Source of the DNA: Octopus sinensis
Taxonomy: Eukaryota
Reading direction: 5' to 3'
NCBI RefSeq assembly: GCF_006345805.1
Contig: NW_021831284.1
Span: 372,001 to 436,000 of the forward strand
DNA length: 64,000 nucleotides
The first letter of the stretch is position 1. Each line of letters starts with the position of its first letter. Positions 59,917 to 64,000 of the stretch are shown here, in pieces. The notes under the pieces were generated by a model. That model saw only the letters and a list, made by a program, of their open reading frames with translations, was not told the origin of the DNA and did no database searches. A program made the translations under genes and the position numbers.

Positions 59917-62900
59917 TTAATAGATGAACAAAGTTAGATAAGAATCATTTTCTGTAAAATGAATAATGTTTATTCTAAATTTTTTGAAGCAAATGTAATA
60001 ACTATTGATGTATTTTTCGTTTTGTTTGAAAAACGTGACAGGAATGTGAACTGTCTGAAGTCGTTGATTCCTAGAAGAAGTTTGCAGCTGATTGATTTGT
60101 AGACGACCCATTTGTGAGTTAATAGATTGTCTTCTCGGATCAGACTGATCAAATTCTATTCTGGAACGATAATACTCCTCTTGATTAGTCGGATAGGATG
60201 TAGTTGAACATCTTCTCTCATATGCTTCATTATCCAAATTATAAGAAGGGGGATAATTCAAATATCCATTACTGGATACTCCCACATTAGCGGGAACTTG
60301 CTGTGCTGGAATTCCAAGTTTTCCATTATTATCCTGTCGTGGACGAATTGCAGTGATAAGCATTCGATGAACTTAATGTAGTTCAATCAGGATTGAAAGT
60401 GTCGAATGAAGTGCTCTTCGCTTTGATGAAAATTCGTAGTTTTTGTCACGACAAAATGTCAAAAATGAATCTCGGGTGTTTGTCAGATCGCAATGAATGG
60501 ACGGGTCACGGTCAGCAATTCTCGACATTTGACTCAGAGCACTGGGAAGATGGAGTTCAATCACAAAAAATATATTTTTGTGTTTCTCCAGTGTATTTGG
60601 AGCGATATTGGGAGTTTTCCTTCGAATCTTGGATTTAGCTTTTTTTGTCTCGGTTTTTGAAATTGGCCGTTTTACCTGCAAATATAATAATTATTGAGAA
60701 TTACAGATTTACTCGAGCTTGATATTACCTGAGATCCGTCTTTAATTCGCTGTTTCTCTTCATCCACGTCCCTTATTATATCCTCCCATCGACAGGGCCA
60801 AAAATCTCCCTTCATATAAGGCATCTGATTCGGCAAAGTAATTCCATTATCAATCATATAAGCAGACATGTCCTAAAAATATAAAATTCGATCGACCTGA
60901 AAACTTCGAATCGCCTTTTCTTGCAATTTGCTGTTGGCATTTTTTGTTCTGGTAGGTGGGAATGAAATATATAATCATCTCGCTCACTCGGAGGACATGC
61001 CCAAATATGAGCGGTCATAAAACTATTACATAATGCCGCAATTATAATTACCCAACATTACATACATATTCGAGATAAGCGATGATGGCTTGGTAATGGA
61101 CTCTGGAACGGAGAAAGGGTGCATCAAAATAATGAACACTGTCCAAATAAGCAATGTAAACTCGTCTAAAATAGAGATCTTAAGAATGCCTATTATTTGC
61201 CTCGGGACACTCAGAACCATATTTTTGTGTGTGCACTCCTTATCCCCATTCTCTTGAAAAAGTATATGGACTTGGCTTTGTAAGGATAAGAAGGAGGCAT
61301 CTCTCCTTTGTCTAAATACTTTAAATATATTCAAATAAGAACCTTTTCTTCATGTATGGTTTAACTTCGCAGACTCTGTTGATGGAAGAAAGGACTCTGA
61401 CATATACGTGTCAAGGAGTAATGTCCCCAGATTCTTTCTGAATGAATCTGTTGACCTTATCATCTATAAAATCGCTCAAATAAGTAGTTCGAAGATCTGA
61501 TGAGTTACAAAAATATACTTTTTGCGGTTAATATGTTCTTTACTTCAGTAGGAGGGGCCCCGTTGGATATACATTTTTTACATACGTATCATTCATTATA
61601 AAGAATTTCATTATAAAGGACACATATTTTGTGGTTATGTCGACCACAGTGCATACACTTTTTACAAATCTACAAATATATACAATATAATCAACTCTTC
61701 GTGCACAATGACGTTGTTTTTCAGCTTCACAAACAGGTTATTAAACATTGATTCGTTAGAGCTTGCTCCTGGTTGGATAATAAATTCGCCGCTGGATGAG
61801 TTAAAGAATTTTTCACACATAATATACACATCCTCCCCATTTCTACAAATTATATACAGGAAACATACTTTTCGCACGAGTAATAATCCTTATCTGCCCC
61901 AATTTGACAGCCAAGAGGGGAACAACAGTATAGCATGTGCAGATTAAACACATACTTATTCTTGCAACAGTACCGTAGTCCGTCTTTCATTATACTCTCC
62001 GCCTCGTTGTTAAATACAGAGAGGAGCTAAGAATGAATAGAAATAATAAACTGTACTTTGGAAGCGTTCTTTGTAATGAAGTTTTTGGCACCGTTGTAAA
62101 GTTTAGAATTGTCCACCATTGTGTGAAAGTCATCAATCAAGTCCCAAGGACATTGATATTCCAAATCCTGCAGCTTACTGTACATCGCGGACAAGTCCAT
62201 TGGTTTTTTGATTATATCAAAGTAATTCTTGTATATATTTATTACAAGAGTACCGGTGTTCCGTCCTTTATCGGGTCCAATGGCAAAAAAAATAGTCGGG
62301 CTTCCGACATCGTTTGTATTTTGTCGATTAACGGTATAAAAGCCTCTTTAATATTTTGAGGCGAAATTTCTTAAAATTTTATCTTTGAGGACAAATACTG
62401 TTTGTCACAAAAACTGGTTTTTGTGGAGTTTTTGGGGCAGGAGTGTGACCTTCCTTCTTTGGAACTTTTAAGGTCGGAAGACTCTCGGGGGTCTCCTCCT
62501 TTTTAACTGGAGGTATAATATCGAGTGATGGTGTCCGAGAGGGAGAAGTCTAAATTAGTAAAATTAAATTATTAAACCATTAATTTCCTTTCAAAACCTT
62601 CAGAAAACGCTGCAAATTTATGTATATATCCATCGACGGAATTGGAATGGTTATAAATCCTGTTTTCATGCATATTCACAAAATTTAAGGCTTTTTTAAG
62701 TTTTTGTGGAGAGTTAATATTTCTTCTCAAAGATTCACATCTAAACATTAGTTTATATTTATATACAATTGATTTTTTCTATATTCCCCCTCATTTATAG
62801 AAATATAACTGGCTTTTGGAATTGGCTGCTGAGGGTTAATACTGGGTGGTCGAGGTCGGACGATTTGTACGACTGATTTATTTTCATTGCTAAAAAATTA

Positions 62901-63250
62901 AATAAAATTGTCAACCCATAATTTCCTTGATAGCTTGACATAACACCAAACTATCACATCCATTACATCTATAAATATGATTTAAGTAGTTTTTCATTTT
63001 TCGGCAATGAGAAGAGCACAAAAGATTGCACTTCCTGGAATGTTCATATGCAGAAATAAACTTATTAAATGTTAGTTATTCAAATATATACTTCTTCTTG
63101 ACGATTATAGAGTCGATTTAGTGAATTTAGTGCCCTTACTTCAGGTCGGCTGGAATCCCTCCTGGGGACAAATTGTCGAGGTGGATCCTGAACTGACATA
63201 TATTGAGAGGATAGTAAATATTGCACTGGTATGTATGTGTTTGGTTAAGA
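59917..63250 (-). pseudogene. CREBBP: CBP/p300 histone acetyltransferase homolog with multiple disabling lesions
   Basis: TAZ1 (HSRKC..CSSHCRKMKNYLNHIYRC), KIX (ENRIYNHSNSVDGYIHK), bromodomain (NYFDIIKKPMDLS..LYN), RING/PHD and HAT (RVYIAYLDSVHYF, HIWACPPSERDDYIFH, PY.KGDFWP, RDSFLTFCRDKNYEFSSKRRA.HSTL.IL.ELH). TGA at 61589 and 61411, deletions near 61233 and 60920, TAA at 60373. Confidence 0.88.
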
Positions 63251-63270
63251 CGTTGATGGAAATTGTGTCT

Positions 63271-64000
63271 TAATTCAATTCAATTAAGTTTATTGTAATT
63301 AACAGAGAAAGAGAAAGTAACAGGAATTAAGGACGGTGATAGGACGAGACAGATGCCAAGGCAACTGAACTCTTCTGAGCTTGCGTCCAATTCATCTGTC
63401 GTGAGCCAGAGTTAATAGTGGCTATGTTGCTGAATTGCTCCCTTCTAGCAGGAGCTCTTGCAGCATATTCAAATTTACTCCAAGTTTGGTCAGGGCTCCT
63501 ACACAACGGCGAAAGGATTCCAGTAGGGAATCTCTGTTGTGTAGGTCCTAATCCAAGTGGGCACCTCTTTGTCGCAAAGCTTTGTTACGGTGTGTTTCTC
63601 CCTTCTTATGGGGGACAGCCGAGCGGACCACTTTTGAGTTATGGCACTCATTAGTGTTTGACTTCGCGCTTGTGAGTGTGCTGGGGCCCGGCGACGTCTG
63701 AATAGAGACATCGACTTTGGACGGACTTGGGGGAGACCCTTATGTCCAGACTGATTCTATCGGTTCGGCTTTTACCCAGCGTACTGGGCTTTTAGTCTGT
63801 GGGCTCTTCGCAACCCTTGAGGCTGCTGTTGCTGCTTTGGCAGACGGACATTCACCGTAGCACGCCAAGTGCCCAGAGTTCTTGCAGTTAATGCAAGTTT
63901 TTGCAGCTGGGACACTCGGTTTTGGCTTGGAACTCGGGCAGTTTTGGTGCCTGTGTTCTTTACCGCAGAGGAGACAACGGAGTTTTTCCGAGCATCTGTA
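63271..64000 (-). mobile_element. ORF1-bearing I-group LINE derivative lacking ORF2 (runs off window)
   Basis: CLLCGKEHRHQNC and CINCKNSGH..YGEC knuckles, plus a KVDVSIQT motif like FVDAEVQT at 47358-47816. About 150 bp later come AATAAA and an (AATTG)n tail. Confidence 0.75.

Noticed and set aside
61411-61591. UGA recoding (Sec or codon reassignment) at two TGAs in CBP
   Set aside because: The same gene has deletions, frameshifts and a TAA; no SECIS was seen, and the intact genes (e.g. the 920-codon DDX46) have no internal TGA.

Overview
AT-rich animal (metazoan) genomic window. Host genes carry very short introns (about 21-39 nt) and sit among deeply nested transposons. The compact gene structure fits a reduced parasitic animal such as a myxozoan or dicyemid, but the taxon cannot be fixed from sequence alone. 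Apparently intact genes, spliced by hand: PAPD5/TENT4, DDX46/Prp5 (intronless CDS), DPH5, SECISBP2, L2HGDH, INTS9, a tetraspanin and TUBGCP2. Two intron-bearing genes are decayed: an annexin, and a CBP/p300 that has lost its catalytic WY segment. Mobile DNA includes at least 10 5'-truncated CRE-like (RLE) retrotransposon copies, an R4/NeSL-like RLE element, RTE fragments, and four I-group LINE copies. One LINE is near-intact and inserted with a 7-bp TSD into a 42-bp (2x21) satellite that abuts an IS630-like transposase. There are also two Helitrons each with a ~95-bp tandem array, Buster and other hAT elements whose transposases contain host-type micro-introns, pogo/Tc1 elements, and two TGT...ACA MITEs with 5-bp TSDs. 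Main leads: (i) a 5'-A/C to 3'-G/T gradient at third codon positions in all seven genes sampled, (ii) frequent GC-AG micro-introns, (iii) intronised transposases, (iv) the satellite/IS630/LINE unit, and (v) short sequence links between CRE 3' ends and the Helitron arrays. All homology calls come from motif recognition by eye; no database search was run.
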